Shown piece after piece: positions 9,301-19,245 of a stretch of 64,000 bases of DNA. Position 1 is the stretch's first letter, and each line of letters opens with the position of its first letter. The stretch is from a virus: IMG/VR virus record IMGVR_UViG_3300033143_006513. One strand, 5' to 3'. Below the pieces are notes generated by a model that did not search any database, was not told the DNA's origin, and was given only the letters and a program-made list of their open reading frames with translations. Both the position numbers and the translations under genes were made by a program.

Positions 9301-11192
9301 CTTGAATGGTATGTTATGTATATATCATACCAAACATTGATGTTAAATAAACGAAAACACTCTACTTCTGTATTTGTGTTTACACATTTCAATTCTACTT
9401 TAAGTCTACCCTCAACCATATATACATCTAAAACTTCAGGTATTTTTAAAAGGTATCTTTTAAATTCTATAGACATCGGCTTTATACTAATAAATATAGT
9501 AAACGATGTAAGCCCGCCTTCTAATGGGTTATTAGCAAAAGTTCTATAACCTAACGCTGTATTAATGCCTGTAAATTTAGTAGCACTTTGAACAATATCA
9601 TACTCAAATATAAAGTTGCTTTTTGTACTAGCCCCTACAGTATATGTTCTAATATCAAAATAATCATACAAATTTCTATAACCAAACACACTTTGTTCTT
9701 TAACAACAGATACATAGTCACCATTAACAACAGCAAATGGCCCACTCCATTGACACACTTTAAATCTAGTACCAAAATCAATATCCATCAATGTCGATGG
9801 TAATTCAAAATTCTTAAAATCATTAGAATAAATTTTATATAATAGTGCCCGTGTCTTATCATAAAATAAAACATAATTCTCTATATAAAAAAGTTTTGAT
9901 ATATTTTTACAATATATATACCTAAGAATGATACCAAACTTATCTATTATTACTAACCTATCTTCAAGAAGAAGTATAAATATACCATTGTTATATATTA
10001 TATCAACTATACGATATGTATCTAAAGAAAACCCATATGAAACAGTAATATAATTATTATGAGCATACATTAAATTGTTATACAAACTTGATAACATACT
10101 TTTTCTTAACTCATCCCCATATAAAACCATTAATGTGTCATTATAATAATCTAAAATCCATACCGAATACTCTGTTTTATATATATATACATTATCGTCG
10201 TCATGTATTTCAACCTTAGATACTGGTAAATTTATTGATCTACAGCATATATCATAAACAGAAGCAGGGCAAGCTTTACTACTAACAAACAAGCCTAAAC
10301 TATAAATTTCTGCCGAAAGTAGTGTATTTGATACATTAACAGAAGTCATATTAAAATTTATTGGTCTGTTTTGGTTTAAACCAAAGTCAATCAATTTACC
10401 AGAACCAATTAAAAAATAATTACAATAAATATATATATCAGTATCACTGCCTATAATAAAATATTCAAAATCTAAAACACATGGGGTATTAATTGGTAAT
10501 TTAAAAGGACCTAGTTTTGTTTTGTCAGAGTAAATATATAAACCATCTGATGTTGTCTTTACCAGAGTATCACCAGCACCAAGAGCTTTTAAATAAACTG
10601 TTCTATCTCCAGATCCAGACAAACTAATAGTTGTATTTCCACCAGCATAAAAAACTACTAAAGATTCTGTGTAAGTATCCGATTCAGTTCCACCATACTC
10701 AACAGTAGTAACAGGAGGACTTGCAGTATCAATATACAATACATAATACCCGTTTGGGATATTCCCAGACCACACTTGTCCAGGAGTAGAAACATCGGTT
10801 TTATAAAGAAGATCCCACCTATCATCCCAAACAAAAAATAAATAATTATATGAATTAGTTAGCTCTAATACAGCAGTTATTGTATTATAAACACCAGGAG
10901 AATTAATAGATACTCTGGTCTTATTGGATGAATCAAACTTTATACAGTCACCAAGATCAGAAGTTACAACAGTATAGCTATTCTCTATAAAATACGGAAC
11001 ACCAACAAAAGTACATTTTTTATTATATATATAAAATCCAGCATATATTGTATCAATATACCTAGAAAAATCACCAATAGGAAAATCAGAAACTAACATG
11101 CTATTTTTATATATCTGACTAGACGTATTAGTTATAAAATTAATAACTTCGCCATTAAGCGTTGGTAATATATTATAATTTTTTTTTATCAT
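6342..11192 (-). CDS. large virion structural protein with two LamG/ConA-like domains and beta-propeller-like regions
   Basis: 1616 aa; LamG-like patterns (SFTIFISIKP...NVWYDIYITY...LYVYVNG...IIVGG...FKGFI; LNQWSFVAV...IFVNG...LYVG...FVGDM); 1-nt gap to the downstream gene. Confidence 0.7.
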   Translation of the reverse strand: MIKKNYNILPTLNGEVINFITNTSSQIYKNSMLVSDFPIGDFSRYIDTIYAGFYIYNKKCTFVGVPYFIENSYTVVTSDLGDCIKFDSSNKTRVSINSPGVYNTITAVLELTNSYNYLFFVWDDRWDLLYKTDVSTPGQVWSGNIPNGYYVLYIDTASPPVTTVEYGGTESDTYTESLVVFYAGGNTTISLSGSGDRTVYLKALGAGDTLVKTTSDGLYIYSDKTKLGPFKLPINTPCVLDFEYFIIGSDTDIYIYCNYFLIGSGKLIDFGLNQNRPINFNMTSVNVSNTLLSAEIYSLGLFVSSKACPASVYDICCRSINLPVSKVEIHDDDNVYIYKTEYSVWILDYYNDTLMVLYGDELRKSMLSSLYNNLMYAHNNYITVSYGFSLDTYRIVDIIYNNGIFILLLEDRLVIIDKFGIILRYIYCKNISKLFYIENYVLFYDKTRALLYKIYSNDFKNFELPSTLMDIDFGTRFKVCQWSGPFAVVNGDYVSVVKEQSVFGYRNLYDYFDIRTYTVGASTKSNFIFEYDIVQSATKFTGINTALGYRTFANNPLEGGLTSFTIFISIKPMSIEFKRYLLKIPEVLDVYMVEGRLKVELKCVNTNTEVECFRLFNINVWYDIYITYHSSTGLYVYVNGVEFGKVEFDYDTGGSLGQKYIIVGGYSSDIYAAYKFKGFIRDNLFISRSFVNKETILELNNNNVRDPGTFSKYNTYVDAYGVTNVIYKDGFMFVGTYSGVYVYETTTFKLVKSFAKGNVVLDMKLIGNVLSANLVRLSLEGSISGSSGDVIKINGELYGKIFLAGNKVCNSCVYNGNTYVELLGSEASVVNVFDYFGNDTIYGYCNLGKFSKDALNTDIQLVGEFGYDEQSDVIVGDTYTNSIINDKALNCCGEEWGGAAAYGIDIYTSAILCPNMVKDNYDIFLDIKYQNESLVNINMFGIVIDLRYVLLSQTPYEYIYTFIISRHGTMQFPYEPVNVNIAEALADFLDISPCRLYHSENSLLGLSRIKFNFEVSENNLKLLKAKQIKTLTNQIESSSRFAYDFRGGLGNGVRHRIEDDVTFGSLDGSAYFINNGFDDTPVWDLSAEFILRIDSYKEFNPIFFKSTKSKVSYGLALYGRDLKFVFGQDGVISVVDLNMDINLNQWSFVAVYVSDVYIDIFVNGNYLKVPFYGIIDVVESELYVGFGVSLNSRVSNFVGDMLYFDINKSGTLSSINTDYAMYTGSKSATSSYEEVINLDKYYSISDNTFRMASGFYSDPSHPLSRVFRLYDLYIIGYDSVGEVIPAEADSVFSSPLSRRILQINTDTLDYTLHSFSDCSDFSYDEIGGLYGVTNDNKIKYSVEDILNIDKLKYITTMKYSNKFTLFGTLGGIVKVNNILTNNLTKQYWLLDNGVNSLLITDEYVYIAYGEELGFVQTEYIETNLDLIITRKLMPIYTADAVIKSVVECDSKMYVLSNEKVINIKDATDVYSCGAANSLFEYKNDILIVYDNYIRKLSDKEIMITVPGKITDVSYGDKLVVGTSSGFYVFDEGSNEFIFNSVGIKGLLKDFEPVSDYCYHVYINNNNVIYIYRDVVGIKLVEFNLDNKTIINELVLSNLVDGSFSNADPVVFNSIGN

Positions 11193-11197
11193 TATAT

Positions 11198-14100
11198 TTA
11201 GACCAACAACGATGAACCATAAACATCGTTTATAGACAACTCTCCATTTAAATACACATTTATACTTGTAATAGTTTTTGTTTCATTATTTTTAATATTT
11301 AAAACAAGAACACCTGTTAATATTTTTTCTAATAAACTATTATCTATTCTTAAATAGAACACAGAGTCATTATCATAACAAGTACCAACTAAATCATAAC
11401 TAAATATAGAAATACTCCCCCCTATATCACCAAAAGAATCATAATAATTATGACTAACAGTATGTTCTGTTGCTGATACTGTTACAGACGTAGTCTTTTT
11501 CCCTTCCAAACTGGAATACCCACATCTTATTACAACAACTGAATCTACTATAGATTGTAACACAGCAGGATCAGTCAATATTTTTACATCTACATTCTCA
11601 TTATAGGACAAGGTATAAGAAAAAGACTTTAAACAAGTAGAATACACTGGATTATCATAACTATATATTATAGAACACTGATCTAAACTTGTAACCATGT
11701 TGCTTCCAAAAACTTTTCTTCCACAATTATCAAACCCTATATACCTAGACAAACTGTTTACTCTAAATTTGTAACCAACCTCGTCAAAACTACCATAATA
11801 ACCACAAAAATAAACTACTCGTCCACTAAAGCTTTTTCCTATTGGATAAAAATGATAAGGTAAAAGTTTTGTAAAATTAGTATCATATATAAACACCTGG
11901 TCATTAACATGTAATGTTGTATGTGGGTTTCCTATTGATATAGCTATATATACATAATCATTAAACGCCTGTGATATACTGTCAATTATTGTATGATCAT
12001 TGTCATTCATTACAATATATAGATATTTATTTTTTACGTCTATATTTATCCATGGAAACAAATCTAACACCTTAGTATTATCATAAGTTAAATAAACTAA
12101 CAACTCTATATTAAATGTTTCATAATTAACATTATCAAATATGTTATTATTCAAATATAAAACATGAGAATCAGACAAGTCACCGTTAACAAACTCTAAT
12201 GAATGAACACAGCCATTACCGGCAGAACTAAAATCTATTTCAAACAAATCATTATTTAAAGTCAAATTAGCAACATCTTCTGGCATCTGACTATAAAAAG
12301 CCCTACCATACGGAACAGCATCATAAAAATTTAATACAACACCGTTAGGTATACCACCACAATACTGTCTAGACAAAAAATTAGTTAATTTAACAACAAA
12401 CCAAGAATCCCAATCATCATTATTAAGTGTTACCTCTAACCAACCACTGGTTTCAACAAAAAGATTCTGTGTTGATGTCCATACTGTATACCAAAAATTA
12501 CGATCACCTATTTGCACATAAGTATATCCACTATAATCTGTAATAAATCTTACACCACACGGCGAAAGAGCAAGACTTGTGCTGCTTGTGTTGCTTTTAT
12601 AACCATTATAATAATACTCACAGTATACATATAAACTATCATACTTAACATAATTTATAACAATTGTAATATAATTTCCAGAAATAAATTTATATTTAAA
12701 CTTAACAGACCAATTTCTGTTAGTACTATATTCTAAAAACTCACAAAATATAGACACATCAAATATAACATTATACGATATAACTTTTGATTTAATTTTC
12801 TTTGTCAATCTAGAATCAAGAACAAGGCCTTCTTCGGCTTGTGGTTTTATATACGATCTATATTCCCACTTAGATATATCTATTTTGCCGTCAGATTCTA
12901 TAAACCTATCAGATGGAGAAATCTTAATAGGTTTATCGCTTGAAACCACTACGTTATTAATTTTTATCCAAGGAGCACTATCGCCACCACTTATCTTATT
13001 CCAAGTATTTATTATTTCATTTTCTGTTTTAACTGCGTCTACTATACACAGCTCCTCAATAGAAACTTGTTTTTTATAATTAGAGCTGGCATAATACCCA
13101 GACATTATACGTAATTGTTCTGAATTATTTATTATTGTTAGTTTATCTGTATATTTAATTCCTGCGCTTTCACCATTTATATAAAATGATACACTATTTA
13201 TTCCAACAACGATACAAAGATAAGTTACACCACCAGTTCGTATTTGTTTATTAGCATAAACTGTATTATCGCCTTCCCAGGACCAGGTAAAATAAGGTAT
13301 ATGTCTGCTATTTATACCAACGCGGTATGCTATATTGTATGTAATAGTTCCTTTTGTTAAAAGAGTTCCAGCAAACCCGTTATCATTAAAATGTGTAAAT
13401 AAAAACTCAATTGTAAAATTATTATTTAAATTTAACACACTATAATGGTTAATATAAAAGTAATCTCCTCCACGACACTCTGCACATGTATGAAAAACAC
13501 CTTCCTTACTGGAGATACCACCATAATATGTATCATGCCAATTACATGTTAAGTGATTAGGTCCTATATCTTGAGAATATGGATTTGACGATAAATCAAA
13601 ACTAAGCATTACAGCTGAAAAAGTAGCATCAAAACAGTAACTTGAGTGTTCTATCGCAGGTAAAGGTAAAAACAAATACAAAGTGGCATACCCATATGGA
13701 TCTATAATATCACAATACCCAAAGGTATGGCCATCTATTTTAGCAGCACTAAAAGTTACAGAATCGTTTTTTGGTGGAGATATATATGTAGTTTTAGATT
13801 CATTAATACAATTACCATTTATGTCTCTTACTTTATAAGTACCAACATACTTTACTGTCATATTATTGGATGTCTTACACGATTTGTTAGCCTTAAAATA
13901 AATACGTTTATACTCCCAAGAAGAGGCGTCATAATAAACCCCAGCACCTGTATTATACGCTGAATAACCATAATAATTAGTAACACCATGATACTCAGTT
14001 AAAACTGGAAAAGTACTAAATTCCATATTAACTCTTGTTTGAACAGAACTATTAGATCCTTCTTCTTCAACGTGAGTACCTAACAAAAAATCTACACATT

Positions 14101-17100
14101 CATACAAAGCGGCCCCTTTTAATAATAAACCGTTTCCATCACATACAAACCTACTATCATCAAAAAACAAAACAGAATCATTTAAATAAGAAGAAGGATC
14201 ATTAAAATCTACAACAATAATATATTTAGTAGCCAGCTTTGCTCCATTTAAGTAAATAGAAATTGATCCACCATCAAATACAACCGCGATAACAGCCAGT
14301 TTAAAAACATTTGAGTGGGATATAGGAACAGACATATTTATTTCTAATCCATATATTTTTATTACTAAAGATATACCGCAATTTAAATTATTTGAATCAA
14401 CGGTAAATACAAAATCAGAAGAGTTTTTAATCTCTATAACTCCGTCTAAATCTTGGATAAACAAATACATTGAAAAAGAATTTAACTTTTTAAGATCTCC
14501 ATAAAAATAAACACTATATGTATCTTCTCCTGTTATAAGCTGACTGCATGAATCAGGCCCTATAGCACTTTGATTGTGTAACGGAAAATGATTATATATA
14601 GAATTATAATAAAAACTTAAAACTTTTATACTTTCAACATGAGACAGCCCAGATATAACTCTAACTCTATTAAATTCTGGACCATACCCATAATACCCAC
14701 GAGTATCGTACCCTTCATTATATATAGTAATACTCGAACCTGTGACTCTATAAAATAGTGTACGATATACAGCACACTTATGTAATAAAAGATACGAAGA
14801 ATAATAACTAGTATAAGAATAATTATATAAATCACAATTATAACAATACATGTTTACAACATCATATAAAATAATATAATTAGTCTGACTAACTCTTTTG
14901 GTCCATGGCAAAATATAACAATTATACATATTAAACACGCCAGAGCCTTGACATCTTGTTGTAGTACAACTAATAACGGTTATTCCTCCACTAGCGTTGT
15001 TTATGCTTACATGTATATCTGTAGGGTGTCCAACACCTATAATATATATTTGTTTATCTGTTGTTACAGTATAGCTACCAGGATAAAAATAAACTTTATC
15101 CCCGTCTTGAACTAAACTAGAAACTTCAGAAAAGGAAGCATATTTTTGATTTCCACCAATAAGATAAGTTCTATAAAAAATAGTTGGCATAAAACTATAA
15201 TCAGAAAATAAACTTATTCTGTTAAATTTAGAAACTTGCTGTACTCCACCAACTTCTTCTCCACCAACCCCAATAGAAATATTGTTATCAACATTACTAG
15301 AAACAAAATGTAAACCAGAAGAAGTTAATTCTTGACAAGCTTTATGTGATTGACCAGCATAACTACCTTTTATTTTATCAACAAATAAATTAGGTGGATT
15401 AGTGTTAAACCCTATCCCAGCTTTAGTTATATTGCCAGTCCCATCTAAAGCAGTATATTTATAACCTACCGCTATAGAGGAAAAATTAACAGTGTAATCA
15501 TCAGATTCAAATCCAAACAAATAACCACAACCAGCTACATTAGGTAAAGACTTATTATAAAATATAAGACCAACACCCAAGTTATCAGCTGAAAACGAAT
15601 AGTTACTATATACACTCGTTCCACTACTACTATTTATATGACCGGCCAAATTTATTTTATCTAAAAATCGCGAAGCACTAAAAGTATATTCAACACTATC
15701 TGATACGCCTGATGCTGTAGAAACAATATCTCCAAACGCAGAGCTTGCTGTAATATTACATTCTGACGAAGTAATCCAATCTGTCTTTACATAACATTCA
15801 TTTCCTGAATAATCTTTTAAATGTAACTTAGAGTTTAACGGATAATAATTAATACCAGAAAACGACAAACTAAATGAATCCTCTAATACATACTCTGAAT
15901 ATACATATAAATAATCATCCAAAACAACATGAACATGAGTATTACTATCTATTGCACAACCATTCAAAACTACAGTCCCTAAATTTAATAAAAAATTATC
16001 AACATATACGGAAACAAGTCCGCTACTAGCTGGAGCCCACGTCCCTAAAATAATTTCACCATCGTTTGTTGAAAACCCTTCAGCCGTATGACCGATTGTC
16101 CAATTTCCGCCGCCATCCAGATAGTACAATATAACAAAATCATTTAATCTAGTTACTTTAAGTTTTCCATACGAATTCGTACGAGTATCATAATAATTAC
16201 TTGTAGAACCACCGATAGTAATACGACTATTAAATCCAGTGGTTAGTGGAAATCTTGCTTTAATAAACATATTATTAGAATCATCTACTTTAAAACGTAA
16301 TTCAAAACCTGTACCAGCTAATTCATTACCGCCAACCAAGTCTGAAAAATCACATTGAAAATCAAAATCACCAGTTAATTCGTATTTAGAATAAATATAT
16401 GAGTACTCAGAACTACCGGCTGTATTTAACGTATAACGAAGTTTGTCGTTTTGAATTGTAACAGTACCGCTTGTACTTTCATTTGTATACCATAAATCAC
16501 TATTTGGAGTACTTCCGTTTAATCCTGTGAAATCATCATTTACTAAATATGTTACACAAACAGCAGTTCCACCATAATTATAAAAACAAGAAGGCCTTAT
16601 TTCTGTTGGAACTACTTCATCCCAATCACTATTAGCTTTTATTCTTATATCATCGCATCTAGTTAGAGGTACAGCAATATCATGGCGAATTGGCCAAGAC
16701 GTTCCATATACTGTTGCAGAAACATAATTATTTATTAAAGTATGCCACCCAACACCATCCCCATAGTAGTCAATGTCACACTCAATAACAAAACCATCTC
16801 CTGGATTTATAAAGTAAGATGTAACATATATACTTATAGTATCAATTAAAACATCAGTATTAGTAAGATATATGTAATAATAATTACCAACAGATATAAC
16901 ATAATCAGAATCAGGGTGAACAGAAGTAGATAAGTTCCCATCATACACTCTCGGTTCAGTACAACTATAACAACCTGCGTTCCTTACAGATGCCCACCCA
17001 GGCTGGTTACAACCATATATACCATACGGAGAACATACCTGTCTCCACCTTTCTATTATAAAACCGTTTTCAAAATTATCACTTATGCCAAGAAAACTAT

Positions 17101-19243
17101 ACCCACTAACATTAAACATCCCACTAAAAGTAGCATCATAATATGAACTAAACGAACATTCGTGATCGTAAAAAGTACTGTCATAAACAGTTATACCGTT
17201 ACTAGAAACACTACTTCCAATGTTATAAAATAGCTCTGTGTAAGAATCGTCCAAATTATAATATTCTGGTAATTCATAAGAAAAAAACTTATTAGTTAAA
17301 GTATCAACCTCTCTTTGTGTTGTTGAAGTATATATGTTATTTACTGCTGCAAACTCTGTATCATTACTTTTAATAAAATACCGTACATAATCGTAAGAAC
17401 TAGAAACAACACCTGAACCAAGAACTCCTGTATTAGATCCAGAAACTACAACAGATAAATTATCCAAATAAAAATATATAGAAGTATTACTATTTATACT
17501 TAATCCTGAAACTGCTGTCGTTCCTATATACAAATTACCACTACCAGTAGCTGCAGCACAACTGTCGTCTGGAAACGTTGGTATTGAGTCGGATTCAAAC
17601 AAAACACCTATACTTAAAAGACCTGTCCAGCCAACATCTGAAAATTCTATAACACTTGCGGAACTAACAGGGTTAAATACCTTTGAATAACTACGTATAT
17701 ATAGACCAGAATTAGTAGTAATAAAATCGTCGCTAACATAATTATAATTTGTAAAACTTTCTGACATTATCTTGTTTGCAGGAACAGTTATACCAGAAAA
17801 ATAAGTTAAAAGTGTTTTATCGTTCTCACAAACAAAACAATTATATATACCCTCATCAAACAGTAACCGACTAGCATAAAAATAATCATTACTTAATTCT
17901 GCTTCTCCACCAGCCAAAGAATATCCAACATAATAATCAAAATTTGAAGAAATTATTGGAATACTTTCTATTCCAGACCATGTTCCACTATAATAATAAT
18001 CTTCTGGAAAAAAATTATCTACCCCAAATAAAACTTTATTTGCATCATGTGAATTTACAAGAGCTGTATTAGAAACAAACGTTATAAGTTTAGCTAAACT
18101 TTGATTATAAGATTCAAGTGGTGGAGAAATATCTTTATATAAAGCAAATGAGTCTACAATCAAAGTATTATAAGTTAATAGATTTAAATACCCTCCAGAA
18201 ATTGTAACTCTACCACAAACAGTATTAGTATCTATACCGTTTAATATAACTCCAAACCTGTTGTCTTCATAATAACATCTCATAAGATAATAATTATTAC
18301 ATTCTGAAGCCACACCACTAATAGTTACTACGCCACTTGATGTTACAATATTACTATAAAAAACACTATTAACAATATCAAATTCAACCCACATGTTAGC
18401 ATTATTCATCACAAAATTAGAACCATTAAAACTAGCACCATCAGAAAGACTAAATGGGATAGAGTTTCCCACGGCACGAAAAGCTATATCAAAAACAAAT
18501 CCACTACATGAAGTTAGCACATTATTAGCTTTTGATTTTAAATAACCTAAACCCGCTGCTGGTTTTGTTATATAATAAGCATCACCATAAATATCATCTT
18601 TAACATCTCCTGTTCCCTCTAAAACCACAGGTATAGAATATTTTGAAACAATATTTATATCATTAAAATCACCATACAAAAATAAATCATATGGTAAAAA
18701 CTTACCAACAACAGTAATTACATCTTCAGAGTTTACTACCAACACTCCATTATAAAAACCAAAACTAAAAGTAGAACCCTCTATTATATGAGTATATAAC
18801 AAACCACCATTATCTTTTACATATAGTACATTACTGTCAACATAAATCCAAAAAGAAAAAGACACACCATACACATCATTAAAACTTATTTTAATTCCAC
18901 AATCATTACTAAAATAAAAAGAAACTTCTGAAGATCCCAAAAAAGTAGAAGAAGATCTATACCCAATTACGTTGTCTAAATTATGATTAAGGTCTGAGTT
19001 TTGATAAAAGGATTCATCAGAAAAAACTATAACCTTTTCTTTATACCTACCGGTTGGAAAAATATTAGTACCTTTGTTCTTATAAAAACAAACACACGCT
19101 GTACTATTAATATAATCTGATACTATAGATTTTTCCGTACTAAAATTATAATCAAGATTAAAAGTTTTAACATATTCAATATCAGATGTCTTACTGATAT
19201 CCTCAGTATAAACATTATCATCAAAATATTTTATTGTATACAC
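11198..19243 (-). CDS. giant virion/tail-fibre-like protein (several LamG domains, ConA-like repeat, discoidin-like and beta-helix-like segments)
   Basis: 2681 aa, GTG start 2 nt after the upstream TAG; LamG (FTIEFLFTH...TYLCIVV...FYING...LRI...SIEELCI); ConA-like repeat DDFTGLNG...GDFDFQCDF...GKLKVTR...YVDNF at ~15985-16541; pectin-lyase-like entry GDKVYFYPGSY. Confidence 0.7.
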   Translation of the reverse strand: MYTIKYFDDNVYTEDISKTSDIEYVKTFNLDYNFSTEKSIVSDYINSTACVCFYKNKGTNIFPTGRYKEKVIVFSDESFYQNSDLNHNLDNVIGYRSSSTFLGSSEVSFYFSNDCGIKISFNDVYGVSFSFWIYVDSNVLYVKDNGGLLYTHIIEGSTFSFGFYNGVLVVNSEDVITVVGKFLPYDLFLYGDFNDINIVSKYSIPVVLEGTGDVKDDIYGDAYYITKPAAGLGYLKSKANNVLTSCSGFVFDIAFRAVGNSIPFSLSDGASFNGSNFVMNNANMWVEFDIVNSVFYSNIVTSSGVVTISGVASECNNYYLMRCYYEDNRFGVILNGIDTNTVCGRVTISGGYLNLLTYNTLIVDSFALYKDISPPLESYNQSLAKLITFVSNTALVNSHDANKVLFGVDNFFPEDYYYSGTWSGIESIPIISSNFDYYVGYSLAGGEAELSNDYFYASRLLFDEGIYNCFVCENDKTLLTYFSGITVPANKIMSESFTNYNYVSDDFITTNSGLYIRSYSKVFNPVSSASVIEFSDVGWTGLLSIGVLFESDSIPTFPDDSCAAATGSGNLYIGTTAVSGLSINSNTSIYFYLDNLSVVVSGSNTGVLGSGVVSSSYDYVRYFIKSNDTEFAAVNNIYTSTTQREVDTLTNKFFSYELPEYYNLDDSYTELFYNIGSSVSSNGITVYDSTFYDHECSFSSYYDATFSGMFNVSGYSFLGISDNFENGFIIERWRQVCSPYGIYGCNQPGWASVRNAGCYSCTEPRVYDGNLSTSVHPDSDYVISVGNYYYIYLTNTDVLIDTISIYVTSYFINPGDGFVIECDIDYYGDGVGWHTLINNYVSATVYGTSWPIRHDIAVPLTRCDDIRIKANSDWDEVVPTEIRPSCFYNYGGTAVCVTYLVNDDFTGLNGSTPNSDLWYTNESTSGTVTIQNDKLRYTLNTAGSSEYSYIYSKYELTGDFDFQCDFSDLVGGNELAGTGFELRFKVDDSNNMFIKARFPLTTGFNSRITIGGSTSNYYDTRTNSYGKLKVTRLNDFVILYYLDGGGNWTIGHTAEGFSTNDGEIILGTWAPASSGLVSVYVDNFLLNLGTVVLNGCAIDSNTHVHVVLDDYLYVYSEYVLEDSFSLSFSGINYYPLNSKLHLKDYSGNECYVKTDWITSSECNITASSAFGDIVSTASGVSDSVEYTFSASRFLDKINLAGHINSSSGTSVYSNYSFSADNLGVGLIFYNKSLPNVAGCGYLFGFESDDYTVNFSSIAVGYKYTALDGTGNITKAGIGFNTNPPNLFVDKIKGSYAGQSHKACQELTSSGLHFVSSNVDNNISIGVGGEEVGGVQQVSKFNRISLFSDYSFMPTIFYRTYLIGGNQKYASFSEVSSLVQDGDKVYFYPGSYTVTTDKQIYIIGVGHPTDIHVSINNASGGITVISCTTTRCQGSGVFNMYNCYILPWTKRVSQTNYIILYDVVNMYCYNCDLYNYSYTSYYSSYLLLHKCAVYRTLFYRVTGSSITIYNEGYDTRGYYGYGPEFNRVRVISGLSHVESIKVLSFYYNSIYNHFPLHNQSAIGPDSCSQLITGEDTYSVYFYGDLKKLNSFSMYLFIQDLDGVIEIKNSSDFVFTVDSNNLNCGISLVIKIYGLEINMSVPISHSNVFKLAVIAVVFDGGSISIYLNGAKLATKYIIVVDFNDPSSYLNDSVLFFDDSRFVCDGNGLLLKGAALYECVDFLLGTHVEEEGSNSSVQTRVNMEFSTFPVLTEYHGVTNYYGYSAYNTGAGVYYDASSWEYKRIYFKANKSCKTSNNMTVKYVGTYKVRDINGNCINESKTTYISPPKNDSVTFSAAKIDGHTFGYCDIIDPYGYATLYLFLPLPAIEHSSYCFDATFSAVMLSFDLSSNPYSQDIGPNHLTCNWHDTYYGGISSKEGVFHTCAECRGGDYFYINHYSVLNLNNNFTIEFLFTHFNDNGFAGTLLTKGTITYNIAYRVGINSRHIPYFTWSWEGDNTVYANKQIRTGGVTYLCIVVGINSVSFYINGESAGIKYTDKLTIINNSEQLRIMSGYYASSNYKKQVSIEELCIVDAVKTENEIINTWNKISGGDSAPWIKINNVVVSSDKPIKISPSDRFIESDGKIDISKWEYRSYIKPQAEEGLVLDSRLTKKIKSKVISYNVIFDVSIFCEFLEYSTNRNWSVKFKYKFISGNYITIVINYVKYDSLYVYCEYYYNGYKSNTSSTSLALSPCGVRFITDYSGYTYVQIGDRNFWYTVWTSTQNLFVETSGWLEVTLNNDDWDSWFVVKLTNFLSRQYCGGIPNGVVLNFYDAVPYGRAFYSQMPEDVANLTLNNDLFEIDFSSAGNGCVHSLEFVNGDLSDSHVLYLNNNIFDNVNYETFNIELLVYLTYDNTKVLDLFPWINIDVKNKYLYIVMNDNDHTIIDSISQAFNDYVYIAISIGNPHTTLHVNDQVFIYDTNFTKLLPYHFYPIGKSFSGRVVYFCGYYGSFDEVGYKFRVNSLSRYIGFDNCGRKVFGSNMVTSLDQCSIIYSYDNPVYSTCLKSFSYTLSYNENVDVKILTDPAVLQSIVDSVVVIRCGYSSLEGKKTTSVTVSATEHTVSHNYYDSFGDIGGSISIFSYDLVGTCYDNDSVFYLRIDNSLLEKILTGVLVLNIKNNETKTITSINVYLNGELSINDVYGSSLLV

Positions 19244-19245
19244 AA

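Noticed and set aside
11179-11187. A/T homopolymer tracts (A9 on the minus strand here, A8 at 3061-3068) as phase-variation switches
   Set aside because: They encode ordinary Lys/Asn runs in intact frames and are expected at this base composition.
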